Positions 62,501 to 64,000 of a DNA stretch of 64,000 bases are shown here, piece after piece. This DNA comes from Macrostomum lignano. Lineage: Eukaryota. Every line of letters starts with the position of its first letter. Position 1 is the stretch's first letter. The notes under the pieces were generated by a model, which saw nothing but the letters and a program-made list of their open reading frames with translations, had not been told where the DNA came from and made no database searches. The position numbers and the translations under genes are program-made. The DNA is taken from positions 377,551-441,550 of the forward strand of contig NIVC01000436.1 in NCBI GenBank assembly GCA_002269645.1. The letters run 5' to 3'.

Positions 62501-62843
62501 TCGATCTTAACGCATTAGTGAATAGTATTGTTTACTGATCTCACATAAAAGCAGCGCACGCAGCAGGGGGCCAGATGGGGGAGTCACGGCCCACCCCTTT
62601 GCAATCGCACACAATAAAAGTACCGCTTCCAAAAACTTGCGCACCTCCAAAGACAGAATGAGAGAAGTATCTCCCAGCTCGAAAAATGGACAGGAGCTCA
62701 ACTTTTGCGACCTCTTGAACGTGTCATCCACTGGCTGGACAGACAGGCAATTCTGGCATCCGAGGTTTGCGGTCCCCTTCAATCAAAACTACTGCGCACA
62801 CCACTGGCACACAGACAATACTCTGTAGAATTGTAATCTACAT
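59549..62843. mobile_element. Possible 3.3-kb non-coding insertion (large solo-LTR-like or non-autonomous element)
   Basis: Ends ATGTAGAT...ATCTACAT (8-bp inverted) flanked by direct TCGTAG at 59543-59548 and 62844-62849. Internal LTR-like promoter; no recognisable transposase or RT ORF. Confidence 0.3.
61681..61813 (-). promoter_or_regulatory. LTR-style Pol II promoter module: three CCAAT boxes plus TATA
   Basis: Minus-strand CCAATC at ~61813, ~61779 and ~61737, then CTATAAAA at 61688-61681. Direct repeat CGCCGAATTTTC(C/T)GATTGG occurs twice, 42 bp apart. Confidence 0.5.
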
Positions 62844-63103
62844 TCGTAGTCGGTAGAAGCCAAGTAGAAATCTATTGCCAAGTAAGGTTAGCTCGTAAGT
62901 ACCTTTAGGAAGCCATAAATAAATGTAATAAAATCAACGCAACAAGCATGCTGAATAAAAAATTAATTGACAAACGCACAAAAAATTCCGATTAATACAT
63001 ACGAAAACATTCCTTACAAAAAATATATTGATTGGCATATTGAAATAATAAGATTTGTGGAAATCGTGAAAAGTTGCACTCTTCGTTGTACGATTGAATG
63101 AAC

Positions 63104-64000
63104 TCAAAGCAGCTGGCAGCCGCAGCAGCAGGTCTGTGGGTACTCATCAGTGTGCACCTTCCTGTTGTCTCCGTACACAAAGAACTGAAACTCTTTGTCT
63201 TCCCACTGGCAGTCGCACTGGAACACTGGCACTCCGCGAATCACGTGATTCTGCATCCAGATCCGACCGGTCTGGGCCAGCCCGCGCGTGCTCCTGGACG
63301 ATTCCAGCCGATTGGCTGTTGACCTGCGGCTCCGGGAACGACTGGATCGGGTTTAGCAAGCGGCTGAGTGTCCTCGAACAGAGTCTGGTGAGGCAGGTTT
63401 CAAATCTACTTGTAACATTTCGAATTTAAAACACAAGTTTTAATTGACTTCGGTTTTGGCTGAAATCCTACAGGAGACTGGATATGCCGACAAAATTTCC
63501 GCAAATTTAAAGCTCTTCTATTCTTTCGACTCGAGCTACGGAGCGCATTTATTTTCAAGGAAGTATTTTTGGAAAGGCCAAGATTCTTTTTCATCTGTTG
63601 TCGTGCATTCTAAAAAACTTCTAAAAAAAGGCTGCGTAATTTTGTTATTTAGTGCCGAAATAAAAATCTTTTTAACGCTGATGCAGATTTAAACTTATAT
63701 GGAGCGTTTAATACCTGTGGGGTTTGGTAAATTGGTTGCTCAACATCCAGCAAAGCACTCACCGTGCCCTCGACGTCTCGAATTCAGATGATCCGGTAGA
63801 GCCGTTCTCTCCAGGATGAAATCTTTTACGTGAGTATTAAAAGTAGTCGTCATCTGCACAAAGCACTTCACCTGTCCTACTAGCCTGGCAGGTGGGACAA
63901 GTTACACGGCCCCTGCCGTGGCCAGTGCAAGCAGCGGACTCGGCCCTGGCCTGGCCGTTGCAGGAGGTGCAGCTCCTGCGACCATCGCCCACTCCGTGTG
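63104..64000 (-). pseudogene. 3' part of another SSUH2 paralog with multiple small insertions (pseudogene or low-quality assembly)
   Basis: Penultimate exon >64000-63763 has CxxC repeats but several frame breaks. The last exon 63384-63104 is 281 nt versus 279 nt in the orphan copy (two +1 insertions). Confidence 0.75.

Overview
Eukaryotic (animal) genomic DNA with GT-AG introns, GC-rich exons and many intronic minisatellites; the style suggests a free-living flatworm such as Macrostomum, but that is inference only. From left to right: (1) the 3' part of an intermediate-filament gene that joins a lamin-type coiled-coil rod to an LMNTD1-type lamin-tail domain. (2) A very young, full-length 10.08-kb Ty3/Gypsy LTR retrotransposon on the minus strand, probably inside an intron of that gene. 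It has near-identical 1044/1046-bp LTRs, a GTAA target-site duplication, a tRNA-Leu-like PBS, a PPT, gag and pol, plus a non-env third ORF carrying a canonical SUMO-interacting motif (VIDLT) and an LC8-binding-type TQT motif. (3) tRNA-Phe(GAA). (4) A GM2-activator/ML-domain gene whose first exon lies between inverted satellite arrays. (5) A somatostatin/allatostatin-C-like class A GPCR. (6) Two small unannotated spliced genes for secreted proteins, one all-helical and one resembling a CRF/DH44/ELH neuropeptide precursor. (7) An otopetrin proton-channel gene. (8) A minus-strand cluster of SSUH2-like genes: one intact, one orphan 3' end and one full of indels. Two CORE-type SINE copies and more than 15 tandem arrays are also present. 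Several frameshifts fall in homopolymers and may be assembly errors. All gene models were built by eye from splice signals and frame continuity; no database searches were run.
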